This document shows, in pieces, positions 38,670 through 49,000 of a stretch of 55,451 nucleotides of DNA. Below the pieces are notes generated by a model. The model searched no databases. It saw nothing but the letters and a program-made list of their open reading frames with translations, and was not told where the DNA came from. Where the stretch lies: positions 1 through 55,451 of IMG/VR virus record IMGVR_UViG_3300030090_003512; one strand, 5' to 3'. This DNA is from a virus (Duplodnaviria; Caudoviricetes). The position numbers were made by a program, and so were the translations under genes. The first letter of the stretch is position 1, and each line of letters starts with the position of its first letter.

Positions 38670-41020
38670 TATGCTATTTTCACAAATGTGTTATCTGGGT
38701 TAAGGAACATTTTTTTGCTGCTTACATTAAAGGAATATCCAAGTATTCTAACAAATTGACCAGTAGAAGATGGAGCCGTAAGTGTAGCTTGTCCAGCTGT
38801 TGCCGATGCAAATACTATTGCTCCTTCAGCGTCACTCCCTGCGGTATACGCAGAAGCTAATGTTACACTCCCTTTTATAACCATACCGTCTGAAGAGTTT
38901 CCAGCTCCCGCAGCAATTGTAGCAACACCAACTAATTGACTAACTGTACTTAAAGTATCAGCATCCATTAATGTCCATACGCCATTTCTTAAAACATATA
39001 TGGCTCCAGCAGTAACGCTGTCATTACTTATGCCATATAGTATTTCAGCACCAGTTCCGTAATCACCAGCGTTATTACCACTAATAGTATGTTTAATAGC
39101 TGTGGGGGTAATTACTCCTGTGCTCACATCGCCCGTAGTGTCAAATGTACTAGAACCTATATCTATATTGCCAAAACCAGAAGTTATGCTACCACTATTT
39201 AAAGCGCCAGTAGCAACAATATTTGCTTGAGTAAAGTGTTCGTCTGCTGAAAAGTTTGCTAATGAATCATGATCAATAGTGCCTTGAGTAGCTACTTGTA
39301 TTACACCACTATTGTTTACAAATGCTGTACTACCCATAGTAAGAGTGCCAGCTATAGTAGTTGTTGAAGCAGCACCTGCTCCTATTGTAACATCTACCTC
39401 ACCACTTGCATCTCCATCTTCTATTGTTAGTCCAGTAACTGCACTTCCGTTATGAGAGGCAACTTGTAAAAATATTTTTCCACCCTCTTGGCCGCTACCA
39501 GTTTCTTTAGAATCACACTCTATTAAACCATACGTTTGCCCTGTATTACCAGCATCATCATGACCAATAAAAAAGATTTGCCCAATTCTATCTCCATCGG
39601 CAGAAGTACCTGCTGCTCTACTTTTTTGAAATATTATATTACCTGAAAGTGCGCTATTATGAGTATTTTCTATTTGTAATACAGGCTGAAAACTATCACT
39701 ATCTGTAATCTTAAAAATACTACCATCATATGTTAAGTTGCTTGAACTTTGTATTGCGCTTGTTCCATTACCAAAAAGTAATTCATTAGCTGTAAAACTT
39801 GTGGCACCTGTACCTCCATTAGCAACAGGTAGCGTTCCTGTTACATTAGATGTTAAATCACAATATGTTGTAGAAGTACTACCCGTACCTCCGTTAGCAA
39901 CAGGCAGCGTTCCTGTTACATCAGCGGTCAAGTCGATTTGATTTCTTGTAATCTCTTGACCTGATATAGTAATATAGTCTGGTGTACCAGCTAGAGTTAC
40001 AGCTGGAGCGTCTGCAAGAATTTGATCTTGAATAGCGGCAGACGTCATCAAGCTAGTGTCGTTATTAGCAAATGATTCAGCAGAAGTCTGTATCGTGGTT
40101 ACATCAACGCTATCCAGTATAAGCCCTGTTGTTACTGAAAGATCCCCAGACACCGTAGTAAGCGAAGCAGCACCGTTACCTATAATAACATCTACTTCGT
40201 CCTCAGCATCACCGTCCTTTATAACCAATCCTGGTTGTATTTCAGCATCGTGTGACGCTACACTTAAAGTGAGCTTACCTCCCTCTTGACCGTCTGCAGC
40301 TACCTCTACCTCCCCTAAAATATAAACAAACGTAGTTTGGGTTTGCCCTGCATCGTCAGCAGTAAAGCTGATATAACCTATATCATCACCATCAGCGCCA
40401 GCAGCACCCTTGTCTTTTTTAAACTGTATAAATGAAGGGCCAGCGTTAGACGAGTCTTCATTTTCTAAAACTATACTAGGTTCACCAGTTGCGTCACCAA
40501 TTAAATGCAACTGATTACCGCCTGCTATATCATAAAATGCAGAAGTTTCAGCGTTTAAAGTACCGTCAGAATTTACTGTAACAAGCCTTCCATTAAGACC
40601 GCTACCTAGATTTACAGCTATTTCAGAAGCATCTATATTAAAAGAGTCTGAGTCTAAGCTTACGTTAACAAAGTTTCCTGACGTAGCATCATAAGCTAAC
40701 ACTTGATTGTTAGCAACAGAAGATATTGTTACATCAGTTAAAGCATTTAAGTCAAAGTCAGAAGCTATAAAAGTATCACTAGAAGAGTCAAATTGTAAAA
40801 TTTGAGTATTCGTAATAGACGATGCATTTACATCGGTAAGACCTAATAAGCTTGTCGGAGTAACAGAACCAACAAGATCTATAGATAAAGTATTCTGTGT
40901 TTGTATAGCTGTAGTATGCACATTAGTAGTGCTAGATAAAGCTAAGTTTACCTCATCACTGCCTACGGCCTGAGTAAGCACATTAGTGCCTGTCGATATG
41001 CTTAAGTTTATATCGCTCAT
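38669..41020 (-). CDS. Tail fibre protein
   Basis: G/S/T/A-rich; LTDV repeats, VTGTLPVANGGTG x2, duplicated ~95-aa module. Confidence 0.8.
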   Translation of the reverse strand: MSDINLSISTGTNVLTQAVGSDEVNLALSSTTNVHTTAIQTQNTLSIDLVGSVTPTSLLGLTDVNASSITNTQILQFDSSSDTFIASDFDLNALTDVTISSVANNQVLAYDATSGNFVNVSLDSDSFNIDASEIAVNLGSGLNGRLVTVNSDGTLNAETSAFYDIAGGNQLHLIGDATGEPSIVLENEDSSNAGPSFIQFKKDKGAAGADGDDIGYISFTADDAGQTQTTFVYILGEVEVAADGQEGGKLTLSVASHDAEIQPGLVIKDGDAEDEVDVIIGNGAASLTTVSGDLSVTTGLILDSVDVTTIQTSAESFANNDTSLMTSAAIQDQILADAPAVTLAGTPDYITISGQEITRNQIDLTADVTGTLPVANGGTGSTSTTYCDLTSNVTGTLPVANGGTGATSFTANELLFGNGTSAIQSSSNLTYDGSIFKITDSDSFQPVLQIENTHNSALSGNIIFQKSRAAGTSADGDRIGQIFFIGHDDAGNTGQTYGLIECDSKETGSGQEGGKIFLQVASHNGSAVTGLTIEDGDASGEVDVTIGAGAASTTTIAGTLTMGSTAFVNNSGVIQVATQGTIDHDSLANFSADEHFTQANIVATGALNSGSITSGFGNIDIGSSTFDTTGDVSTGVITPTAIKHTISGNNAGDYGTGAEILYGISNDSVTAGAIYVLRNGVWTLMDADTLSTVSQLVGVATIAAGAGNSSDGMVIKGSVTLASAYTAGSDAEGAIVFASATAGQATLTAPSSTGQFVRILGYSFNVSSKKMFLNPDNTFVKIA

Positions 41021-41376
41021 ACTGTAACATCCTCATTTACTTGCAACACACCTTGAAGCCATGTTTGAGTTACACCAGCTACTATAGTTTGTAAATCGTA
41101 CGTGTACAATCCGCTAGTAATACCAGCCATAATGTTTGCTGGGATAGTAATCGTAATAACACCGCCAGATGTTCCAGTAATAGTCAACTGATCATTTGTT
41201 ATAACAGAGTCCTCAGAAGTATCTGTAGCACGCACCTCCATTTTAAAAGAGTACGTAGTAAGATCTACTGCTGCGCCAGCAGCGTCAGTAACATTTATAA
41301 CAAGATTAAACGTATCGCCTTTTCTGCAGGTAATATCTAATCTTTTGGATACATCGAGGTTTACTACTGAACTCAT
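41017..41376 (-). CDS. Tail-fibre adaptor-like beta-sandwich protein
   Basis: RKGDTF...VDLTTYSFKMEVR...YTYDLQ. Confidence 0.6.
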   Translation of the reverse strand: MSSVVNLDVSKRLDITCRKGDTFNLVINVTDAAGAAVDLTTYSFKMEVRATDTSEDSVITNDQLTITGTSGGVITITIPANIMAGITSGLYTYDLQTIVAGVTQTWLQGVLQVNEDVTV

Positions 41377-43823
41377 ATCATTGATTGTAAAAAGTTTTGT
41401 ATATCTTGATTGTCAGACTCTACATCTGCTAAGGGAGCACGCTCACCTTTTCTTTGAGAAATAAGTTTAGACTGCTCTACAGCTTGCTTCTTTACCCTCT
41501 GGTCTTTTCTATCGTCCTTCATTGTTTCAAGCTTCTCTCTAAACATCTGCTCCCCAGAGCGAGTTCCTCCAGAAACTTGAGCCTTTAACTGCTCTAGCTG
41601 CATACTCATCTGATGCATAGCCTGAGCTACCTGAACGTCTACCTGTCCTTTAAGCTGTATTTTTTGTGCTTCAAGCTGAGCCTGCATCTGCATCTCTTGC
41701 TGCTTAGCTTGAGAAGCAGCTTGAGCCGCTTGAGCGTTAGCTTGAGATTGAGCCTGGATGTTTTGCTGCTGCTGCTGCTGAAGCATTTTTATCCTTCTCT
41801 TTCTTCTTACGATAAGAAGCTTTTGAGCTTGATCGATATCTTTCAACTGACGTACGGCCATAGCGTCCTCTAGATCTATCTCCTTTTGAGCCAAAGAAGC
41901 TTGAAGATTTTGCTCTAAGAAGATGCGGTCATCATCAGACATCGTTTTAACAACCCTTACCCCAAAGTTGTACATAGGTAAATCTTTAAACGACGTAAGG
42001 ATCTCCATACTGTGTTTACCTATAGCCTTTTCATATACACCATAAAGAATAGATTCCTCTGGGATAATTTGTAGGCACTTAACAATATCAGAGCATACCT
42101 TCTTATATAAAACAAGGGATGCGTTAGTGATATCGTACAATGCGTTATTACCTGCAGCGATAGCCTGCTGCTGAACACCAACAAGAGCGTCACCTTTTGG
42201 AGTAGAAGCATCCATAACTTCGTTAACACCAGTAGCGTCACGAATCATACGTAGGTAGTGATTGTATAAACTAATAAAAGAGTTTATGTTTCTTATCTGA
42301 TTTTCTATAGCACGTATCGGTGGGTTTTGGAAACCTCCCTCTGGATTCTTAGAGCGATAGTACATAATACCTGTCTGCTCGTATATATCTTGAATCTCTA
42401 AAGGACTAAGCTCACCACCCCTGCCTAGCTGCACGTTTTCTAAACCTTCTATATCTATAATCAATCCATCAGGCTTAGCTTTAGCAATAGCTTGTTGGAT
42501 CTTGCAATGTGTTAATTGTAGTTGATCAGCAAATCCAGTAACGCTACCTACCAAAGACTTAGGCATCATTCTCCTAATATTTGTGCAGGCTATACTATAA
42601 GAAAGTGTACACTTAGATATATCATGAACATTTTTAGGGACGTTCTTTTGTTGACCGTAGTTAAACAGCCTGCCAGTATCTACAATATAGCACCCTCCAT
42701 ATACCGTTTCTACGTCCATCTTGTATGGCTGCCTTTCGTATACAGAATCAGAAACTGGTTTATACTCGCTACCCTTAAAGTAGAATCCTACATTACCAAA
42801 CTGAGATTCTTTACTCTCATAAAAAACTTCGTCTACGCTTTTAAACTCAAACTGTAAAACATCGATAAGGTAATCGTCATACCCATACGTCATCTTTCTA
42901 CCACTCCTATCGTAACCTCCGCTAGCAAACTTACCAGAATCGTTATAGCTTTTATGCATAACCTTTCTAGCCATTTCTTCATACTCCTTTTCTGTAAACT
43001 CATCGCCAGCCATACGCTTTAAATCCATAATAGACATGCGTTTTACATGACCTGCATAAACGATGTCATTCATATTAGGATCTTCAGTGTAGCTATGTAC
43101 GAAGAATGAAGGATCTACATACTCTTCAGTAATACCGTAGTTAGGATCGTTGTTTCTTTTTACAACACCTATACCGCATGTAACAAGATCGTTTACCGAG
43201 CGTCTATATATATGCTCGTCGAAATCATTCCAATCTAAAGTAAGAGACGTAGCTAACTGCGCCGCTATCTCTGCGCTAGTCTTTATGTTTTCGTCTAAGA
43301 ATATTTCTGCTTCCTCAGTAGTATCTGGTACACTTTCTGGATCGAGCTCCATAGTTAACCCAAGCTGCTTAGCCTCTGTAAACTCTGTTTTGTTTTTTAT
43401 CGTAGAGTTTATCTTAGCCTTCTGCATTTCTTTTTCTTGCTTAGATATTGGATCTATAGCTTCGACAGCAGGGTACGGCTTACGAGAAAGTATTCTGTTT
43501 ACAACGACCTTTACAAACTTAGGTACGATAGGTACAGGGGACCAATCTATATTAAGTAACGTCCCATCACCATTGTTGGGATCAAGAGAGTTAAGTATCT
43601 GTTTATAGATAGAGGTATCCTGCGTTCCGTTAGCGTAGTCTCTATTTTTCTCAAACTCATACATCCTGCGATTTAGTAGAGATGAAGAGTCTTCGCCAGA
43701 GCCCCACTGACCGTGGATAGCTTTAGCGTATTTTAGTCCGTATTCATTTGAAGCCTTTTCTATGGGACTTGCAAATGGATCTGGGAAGTTGCCGTATGTT
43801 CCTTTACTTTGTCCGTACTCCAT
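41373..43823 (-). CDS. Portal protein
   Basis: Follows terminase; PIVPKFVKVVV, TGVNEVMD and Q-rich helical C-terminus. Confidence 0.88.
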   Translation of the reverse strand: MEYGQSKGTYGNFPDPFASPIEKASNEYGLKYAKAIHGQWGSGEDSSSLLNRRMYEFEKNRDYANGTQDTSIYKQILNSLDPNNGDGTLLNIDWSPVPIVPKFVKVVVNRILSRKPYPAVEAIDPISKQEKEMQKAKINSTIKNKTEFTEAKQLGLTMELDPESVPDTTEEAEIFLDENIKTSAEIAAQLATSLTLDWNDFDEHIYRRSVNDLVTCGIGVVKRNNDPNYGITEEYVDPSFFVHSYTEDPNMNDIVYAGHVKRMSIMDLKRMAGDEFTEKEYEEMARKVMHKSYNDSGKFASGGYDRSGRKMTYGYDDYLIDVLQFEFKSVDEVFYESKESQFGNVGFYFKGSEYKPVSDSVYERQPYKMDVETVYGGCYIVDTGRLFNYGQQKNVPKNVHDISKCTLSYSIACTNIRRMMPKSLVGSVTGFADQLQLTHCKIQQAIAKAKPDGLIIDIEGLENVQLGRGGELSPLEIQDIYEQTGIMYYRSKNPEGGFQNPPIRAIENQIRNINSFISLYNHYLRMIRDATGVNEVMDASTPKGDALVGVQQQAIAAGNNALYDITNASLVLYKKVCSDIVKCLQIIPEESILYGVYEKAIGKHSMEILTSFKDLPMYNFGVRVVKTMSDDDRIFLEQNLQASLAQKEIDLEDAMAVRQLKDIDQAQKLLIVRRKRRIKMLQQQQQQNIQAQSQANAQAAQAASQAKQQEMQMQAQLEAQKIQLKGQVDVQVAQAMHQMSMQLEQLKAQVSGGTRSGEQMFREKLETMKDDRKDQRVKKQAVEQSKLISQRKGERAPLADVESDNQDIQNFLQSMI

Positions 43824-43845
43824 TATGCTTCAGTTGTCATATCTG

Positions 43846-43853
43846 CAAATATA
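43846..43853 (-). promoter_or_regulatory. Late promoter -7 element TATATTTG (portal operon)
   Basis: Exact octamer between terL and portal. Confidence 0.7.
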
Positions 43854-43860
43854 CTGTTTT

Positions 43861-45999
43861 TCACTTTTTTAGAATTGAGGGGCCAGAAGAGTTGTATTTG
43901 TATTTTCTGAAAAAAGTTTTCTCGTTAAAATTACTCTTTTTTATTTTCTTTTCTATTTTTTGAGAAGCTAGCAAAGCCAAGCCAGAACTTATTGTAAGGT
44001 CATACTTTGTTCTATCGTTTATTTTAAAACCTATCCAGTCTTCTAAGGTGCGGTTAAAATACATTTTTCCCATATCCCCTTCCTCATTATACCCAACATG
44101 TTGATGGATATAATCTTCTACAGCTTGAGCATGGGCTTGGAGTACGTCTTGTGAGTTAGACGGAATGCCTTTTGTTTTAACGTTGCTACTGTAACTAGAT
44201 GATTTTAAGTGATCTGGTCTATCCAACACATAACCGTCATAACCACGTTCTTCAAAATATCTAACGATCCCATATTTATTATTCTCTATAAGTAATGGAT
44301 ACCCATAAAAGAAAGAAGCCATAAGTATATCTTCATAAAAGATCTTGGCCATAGGAGGGCGGCTTACATATTCTGCAACAAACATATTAGACGGATGCAC
44401 CATATTGAACTTGTTAAATAAATGGCATGCACCTTTCGAACCTCTACCGTCAACAGTAGCGTCAAGATCGTAAGAGTCGACACCCCCACAACCGAATGAA
44501 GCGTTTGGTGCTATAAGCTTACCCTTTTCTAAAACTCTTTTGTTCTGCATTTCCGCTGGAGGCATCCATGCTACCCTCCACCTTCCGTCAGCCATAGGCC
44601 TAAAGGCAACCTTTCCATCACGCTTTCCACCTACCCATACAAAGTTTCCTTGAACTATAGGGTTAGGGTACAGCCCATCATTGTGTTCTATCTGCTCATA
44701 GATCTTTCCTATATTAAACAGGCTACCCTCTATACTATCCCTAAAAGCTTCTTCAGGAGAAAACGGGAACTGACGTATAAACTCATTAAGTTCCCTAGCA
44801 TCAGTTTTCATAGCAGACCTTTCGTTTTTTAAAAAAGTCTTAGAGCCAAAAGCTACTACCTCTCCATCGATACCTTCGACTGGAGACTTAGGATCTTCTA
44901 TAACGGGATCTCCGTGAATATCAAAGAATCCTTCTAGCGCATCATAAGCTGGGATAAACAGTCTATACAACCCAGACACAGTTCTTCCGTTAGCGTTACG
45001 CATACACGGATCAGAATCTTCCCATAACTTTTTATACTGCTTACCACCTTTGTCCATGGGGTTTACTGTACTACCAACCAAAGACTTACCCACTATCTTT
45101 CTACCTACAATAAGGCAAGTCCTCTGTATCCTCCAAGCCTCCTTTATATCAGTAGGCTTTTCCCACTTACCTGCCTCATCGAGATACAGTAGATGCAGCT
45201 TTTCTCCGTCATACGCATTATTAGTGGTGTTCTTCCAATTGATAATCGTATTTAACGCCTCACCTTTTGCAGAGGTTTTATTGTTTTTTGTTATACGTTT
45301 TGATGGCTCTCGGAAAGCTAGTTCCATACGTGGGTTTGTAGTACCGTCCTGTATAGGCTTAAAGAAAAAAGGGTACGATTTAAAAATCGGGACTACCTTT
45401 TTCATAAATATGTTTTCCTGAGCGTCTTTACCTGTTTTTGACTGAATCCCCAAAAGCTTGTCTTTAACCTGTGTAGCTTCGTCCACAAGAACAGAAGCAC
45501 AGATATTGGTATAGCCAGAGCGACGACACTTAGTATATAACTGACCGATACAACGAGGATCAGACTCGCACGCAGCCATGTGTAGATAGATTTCACGTTG
45601 GTAAGAAAGATACGACGGATAGCCGATATCTATTCTGGACCACTGTAGGAACATGTAATGACGCCCCGATATATATACAGGTGTGCCGTTATTATAAAAC
45701 CAAAAACCCTGACGCCTACGTCTATATTCTTCTTCGATATACGGACGAAACCTTTTTCTAAATTCGCTCGGCGCCTCCATCCACTCGTCCATACTGCGAA
45801 TCCTAAGCAGCTCTTTGGGTAGTTCTTGACGCCTCCAATATTGATCCTCCTGCGGAAGGTCGTGGAAGGCAATATCGGAATCGGCTGGTTGTTCGGGAAG
45901 CATAATGTGTAGACCACTGATTGTGATAACTTTACCCTGCGTGCCATCGGGGCATATGCCAACAGCTTGTTCATTATATTCATTAACATCGATAAGCAT
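43861..45999 (-). CDS. terL: Terminase large subunit
   Basis: Walker A-like KCRRSGYT, Walker B LYLDEAGK, VGST, nuclease GGVDSYD, LIENN, YDLTIS. Confidence 0.92.
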   Translation of the reverse strand: MLIDVNEYNEQAVGICPDGTQGKVITISGLHIMLPEQPADSDIAFHDLPQEDQYWRRQELPKELLRIRSMDEWMEAPSEFRKRFRPYIEEEYRRRRQGFWFYNNGTPVYISGRHYMFLQWSRIDIGYPSYLSYQREIYLHMAACESDPRCIGQLYTKCRRSGYTNICASVLVDEATQVKDKLLGIQSKTGKDAQENIFMKKVVPIFKSYPFFFKPIQDGTTNPRMELAFREPSKRITKNNKTSAKGEALNTIINWKNTTNNAYDGEKLHLLYLDEAGKWEKPTDIKEAWRIQRTCLIVGRKIVGKSLVGSTVNPMDKGGKQYKKLWEDSDPCMRNANGRTVSGLYRLFIPAYDALEGFFDIHGDPVIEDPKSPVEGIDGEVVAFGSKTFLKNERSAMKTDARELNEFIRQFPFSPEEAFRDSIEGSLFNIGKIYEQIEHNDGLYPNPIVQGNFVWVGGKRDGKVAFRPMADGRWRVAWMPPAEMQNKRVLEKGKLIAPNASFGCGGVDSYDLDATVDGRGSKGACHLFNKFNMVHPSNMFVAEYVSRPPMAKIFYEDILMASFFYGYPLLIENNKYGIVRYFEERGYDGYVLDRPDHLKSSSYSSNVKTKGIPSNSQDVLQAHAQAVEDYIHQHVGYNEEGDMGKMYFNRTLEDWIGFKINDRTKYDLTISSGLALLASQKIEKKIKKSNFNEKTFFRKYKYNSSGPSILKK

Positions 46000-46283
46000 T
46001 ATTTAGAAAAACGTTCTGCAAAGCCGCTACTGTAATCAACCTCTTCTTCTATCTTTCCGTTGCTAGAAAGATCTTTTAACATCTGCTCTAGCTTCTGGCG
46101 TTCTATAAGAAGCTCCTTACAATCAATAGCAGTTTGCTTTATAGATTGTAACTCAGCTTTACGTGCGCTACCATTTATTTCTTGATCAACAGGTTTTTTA
46201 ATTTCACTAATCATATTATCTATGGCCTGCTCCATAGAAGACATAAGCCTTTTAGCTGCACTCGCTGTCGTAAACTTTGACAT
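45999..46283 (-). CDS. Possible terminase small subunit
   Basis: Small helical protein coupled to terL. Confidence 0.5.
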   Translation of the reverse strand: MSKFTTASAAKRLMSSMEQAIDNMISEIKKPVDQEINGSARKAELQSIKQTAIDCKELLIERQKLEQMLKDLSSNGKIEEEVDYSSGFAERFSK

Positions 46284-46857
46284 AGCTTATATCATCTACC
46301 CTCATTCTATAAACAACATCGCCGTTATCTAGCTTTATTTTATAGTCAGAGTTTTTATCAAAACCTATAATATCACCTGGCTTTACACCTTGAGCTTCTA
46401 ACTCTGGATGAGGCATATATACTTCTGCCTCATCAGCAAGTTCTTTCTGTGTGGCAAGTTCCATTATGATACCGCCTTCAGAAACCTCATCCTCTCTTTC
46501 GTCGACAGGTAAAACAAACAACCAGTCACAAAGCATATGCAACTCATCAGAGTCTTTATCTCTATATGCTATTGCTTGACTCATCCTTCCGTTTACTGGA
46601 TCGTAAAGAACGAGATGCCTTTTGTCCCCTAAGCTTAACGCTGGGTTTGTCGTTACGTGATGGTGAAATATAAGGGTATCTCCAGGCTTACACTTTAGCT
46701 CTGGATGTTTCATAGGTGTAGCTACAATTTCTCCGTAGGAGATCCTATGCTCAAACTCGTTAAATTTATTTTCTAGGAATATCTCTTTATCCCCAAGCTT
46801 TAAAGTGTCCTCAAATTTCTTTGGGACACTTACAATAAAATGATATACGGCATTCAT
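46252..46857 (-). CDS. GroES-like co-chaperonin with two tandem GroES-like domains
   Basis: GEIVATP...KPGDTLIF; second domain DWLFVLP...SEGGII...VKPGDIIGF...YRMRVDDI. Confidence 0.7.
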   Translation of the reverse strand: MNAVYHFIVSVPKKFEDTLKLGDKEIFLENKFNEFEHRISYGEIVATPMKHPELKCKPGDTLIFHHHVTTNPALSLGDKRHLVLYDPVNGRMSQAIAYRDKDSDELHMLCDWLFVLPVDEREDEVSEGGIIMELATQKELADEAEVYMPHPELEAQGVKPGDIIGFDKNSDYKIKLDNGDVVYRMRVDDISYVKVYDSECS

Positions 46858-46859
46858 GT

Positions 46860-47099
46860 CTATTCAAATTTACAGTCATATTCAATTAATACTGGTTGAT
46901 TCTCAACCGTTTTCCAAAGGTAAGTAGAATCTTGGTCTTCTATATACACTTCGTATCTACGAACATTGTATTTGTATAAAGACCTTTCGTTTTCCATAAT
47001 AGCTGACACCTTGCCGTCTCCTGCACGCATACCTAGATAGTAAGCCATAGCGTCTTTAGGATTTGGGCCAACAACTATTTTTCTAATAATGTTTGCCAT
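46860..47099 (-). CDS. Conserved hypothetical protein
   Basis: ORF track; tightly packed. Confidence 0.7.
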   Translation of the reverse strand: MANIIRKIVVGPNPKDAMAYYLGMRAGDGKVSAIMENERSLYKYNVRRYEVYIEDQDSTYLWKTVENQPVLIEYDCKFE

Positions 47100-47111
47100 A
47101 TGTAATTAATT

Positions 47112-47390
47112 TTAATTTAGTGATATATTATTTAATAACTCCCACTTTCCATCATCACGGCTGTGGTAAGCGTTTTCTAGTATAGTAAGGATAGCATTAA
47201 ACTCTGTTTTACCCATTGTGCTCCAAGAGTATCCTGCTGTATATTCTGTTTCAAAAACATTAACTCCTATAGGTACAGCACAACAGAAGATATATGCAAA
47301 GTCATCTTCTAGTTCGTACTTAGATATAATCTCATTTAATGTATCTAATACTTCAGCTATCTCTTCTATGGCGTCGTGCTTGCTACTCAT
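47112..47390 (-). CDS. Hypothetical protein
   Basis: ORF track; stop/start overlap. Confidence 0.7.
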   Translation of the reverse strand: MSSKHDAIEEIAEVLDTLNEIISKYELEDDFAYIFCCAVPIGVNVFETEYTAGYSWSTMGKTEFNAILTILENAYHSRDDGKWELLNNISLN

Positions 47391-48262
47391 TATGAAGCGC
47401 CTATTACTGCAATACTAGATGGGTTAGCATTTGTTGTGGTTAGCCTTGCATCAACAACCCATGTCGCTACACTAGAAATAGTGCACCCATAAATTTCTAT
47501 TATATCACCTTCGATTCCACCGCTTGTTGCGGAATCTCCATCAAGAGACAAGGTATCGTTGTCATATGAATTTCCCGTATTTGTTACACGCTGAACAGCT
47601 ACTTGATCGTCAGTAGTACTTCCTACAACTACTTTACCTATAAACCTCTCTACTGTTCCTGACGTCCCAGCGTTTGCTGTAACAATATTAAACTCCGTTC
47701 CTTTTGTTGTAATAAATAAAAACTTAAAGTATAATCCTTCAGCACATGTAGGTAACGTTATTGTATTACCGTTTATTGCATTTGCATCTAGCAAGTGAGT
47801 TTTATGAGAGTCTGCAGCTGTTAGTGTAACTGCTCCTGTTATAGTATTTACCGTTGCTGCAGTTTGAGTAAACGTAATTGTATTGCCTGATTGTGTTACA
47901 TCTAAACCCTTGCCTCCACTAAAAGTAATTGCAGTAGAGTTTCCTGCTCTATCAGCTATTGTGACTGTAGGATCTGTAGCGCCAGTCACAGTAGTTGTTA
48001 TGGGATCAAATATTGGGAGTGGTCTTTTCGATACTGTTTTACTAGAACTATCCCAAACAAGAACAGTGCTAGACGATCCATCATCTACAGTATTTATTTG
48101 CAAAGACTCTGCTTTTACGGTGGTGGTAGAAAGTGATAAAGCACTATCTACTCCAGTACCATCTTCTATAACCTTTAGTGATGATGTTAGAGCAGCTGCA
48201 TCAGAAGTCTTTAATAAACCCTGATAAGTATTTTTTATTGCATTTCCAGAAAGAGTTCCCAT
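47390..48262 (-). CDS. Putative virion fibre/spike protein
   Basis: T/S/G-rich; TITLP...GLYFKF and GDIIEI...WVV patterns. Confidence 0.6.
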   Translation of the reverse strand: MGTLSGNAIKNTYQGLLKTSDAAALTSSLKVIEDGTGVDSALSLSTTTVKAESLQINTVDDGSSSTVLVWDSSSKTVSKRPLPIFDPITTTVTGATDPTVTIADRAGNSTAITFSGGKGLDVTQSGNTITFTQTAATVNTITGAVTLTAADSHKTHLLDANAINGNTITLPTCAEGLYFKFLFITTKGTEFNIVTANAGTSGTVERFIGKVVVGSTTDDQVAVQRVTNTGNSYDNDTLSLDGDSATSGGIEGDIIEIYGCTISSVATWVVDARLTTTNANPSSIAVIGAS

Positions 48263-48278
48263 ATTCTTATTTTTACAG

Positions 48279-48286
48279 CAAATATA
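48279..48286 (-). promoter_or_regulatory. Late promoter -7 element TATATTTG (terminase operon)
   Basis: Exact octamer in a 29-nt divergent gap. Confidence 0.7.
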
Positions 48287-48291
48287 ATCAA

Positions 48292-48723
48292 ATGAGTAGA
48301 TATCATAAAGGACGTAAGATACGAGAGTTTAGTTATCTTAATGATAGGTATGTCGGGAAGAACTATATGAAGTACTATAAGCATGCTATACGTGACATAT
48401 CTAATAGTACAGATCTTACCATGAACGAGATCAACGTTTTAATATTTATGTACGACTACGAGTTTTTTACAGCCGACCATATGGCTAATGCGTTATATCA
48501 GAGCCCACGTAAGTTCAAACAAAAAGTTCTGTATCCTTTACAGAAACGTGGGTGGATAGAAAAAGCATTCGACAGAACCAAAGTTAACGAGATGTCTTTT
48601 TCTGAAGCTTTATTCCATGAAAGGAAAAACTATAAAAACAGATACACTATAACCCAGCGTGCTAGGCTTACGATACAAAAGTTCTACAGGAAGCTAGAGG
48701 GGTTAGAGCAGATTGTTATTTAG
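48292..48723 (+). CDS. Winged-HTH (MarR-like) regulator
   Basis: LTMNEINVLIFM...LYPLQKRGWI...RYTITQRA; likely start ATG 48292. Confidence 0.7.
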   Translation: MSRYHKGRKIREFSYLNDRYVGKNYMKYYKHAIRDISNSTDLTMNEINVLIFMYDYEFFTADHMANALYQSPRKFKQKVLYPLQKRGWIEKAFDRTKVNEMSFSEALFHERKNYKNRYTITQRARLTIQKFYRKLEGLEQIVI

Positions 48724-48922
48724 CTTTTGGGTGAGTTACAACTTTAAACTTAGCTTTCTCTACAGCTCCGTCATGTGGTTGGTACTCTCCTTCCATAAGA
48801 TAAAATCTACCTGACTCTTCCATCCAGTGATATCCTTTTGGTGGATCTACCTTAACACTTTTGTTTGTTACGGTTAGCTTACCGCCTTCCTTTAATTTTT
48901 TACTTTTCTTACCGTACCTCAT
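48716..48922 (-). CDS. Small basic protein with an xxGGK motif
   Basis: ORF track; LKEGGKL, PPKGYHWM. Confidence 0.65.
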   Translation of the reverse strand: MRYGKKSKKLKEGGKLTVTNKSVKVDPPKGYHWMEESGRFYLMEGEYQPHDGAVEKAKFKVVTHPKAK

Positions 48923-48942
48923 TTGTTAAAAACATTTAAAAA

Positions 48943-48975
48943 CTTGACTCGTATTAAATAAAAACCATATACTTG
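48943..48975 (+). promoter_or_regulatory. Host-type promoter (CTTG, 21-nt spacer, TATACTTG) for 49001..49348
   Basis: Near-consensus elements with correct spacing. Confidence 0.55.
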
Positions 48976-48984
48976 AATCAAACA

Positions 48985-48992
48985 CAAATATA
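48985..48992 (-). promoter_or_regulatory. Promoter -7 element TATATTTG for 48716..48922
   Basis: Exact octamer. Confidence 0.55.
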
Positions 48993-49000
48993 TAAAAGCT

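Noticed and set aside
8587-48224. Numerous + strand ORFs inside late genes, and - strand ORFs inside early genes
   Set aside because: Antisense shadows of long genuine CDSs with no recognisable motifs
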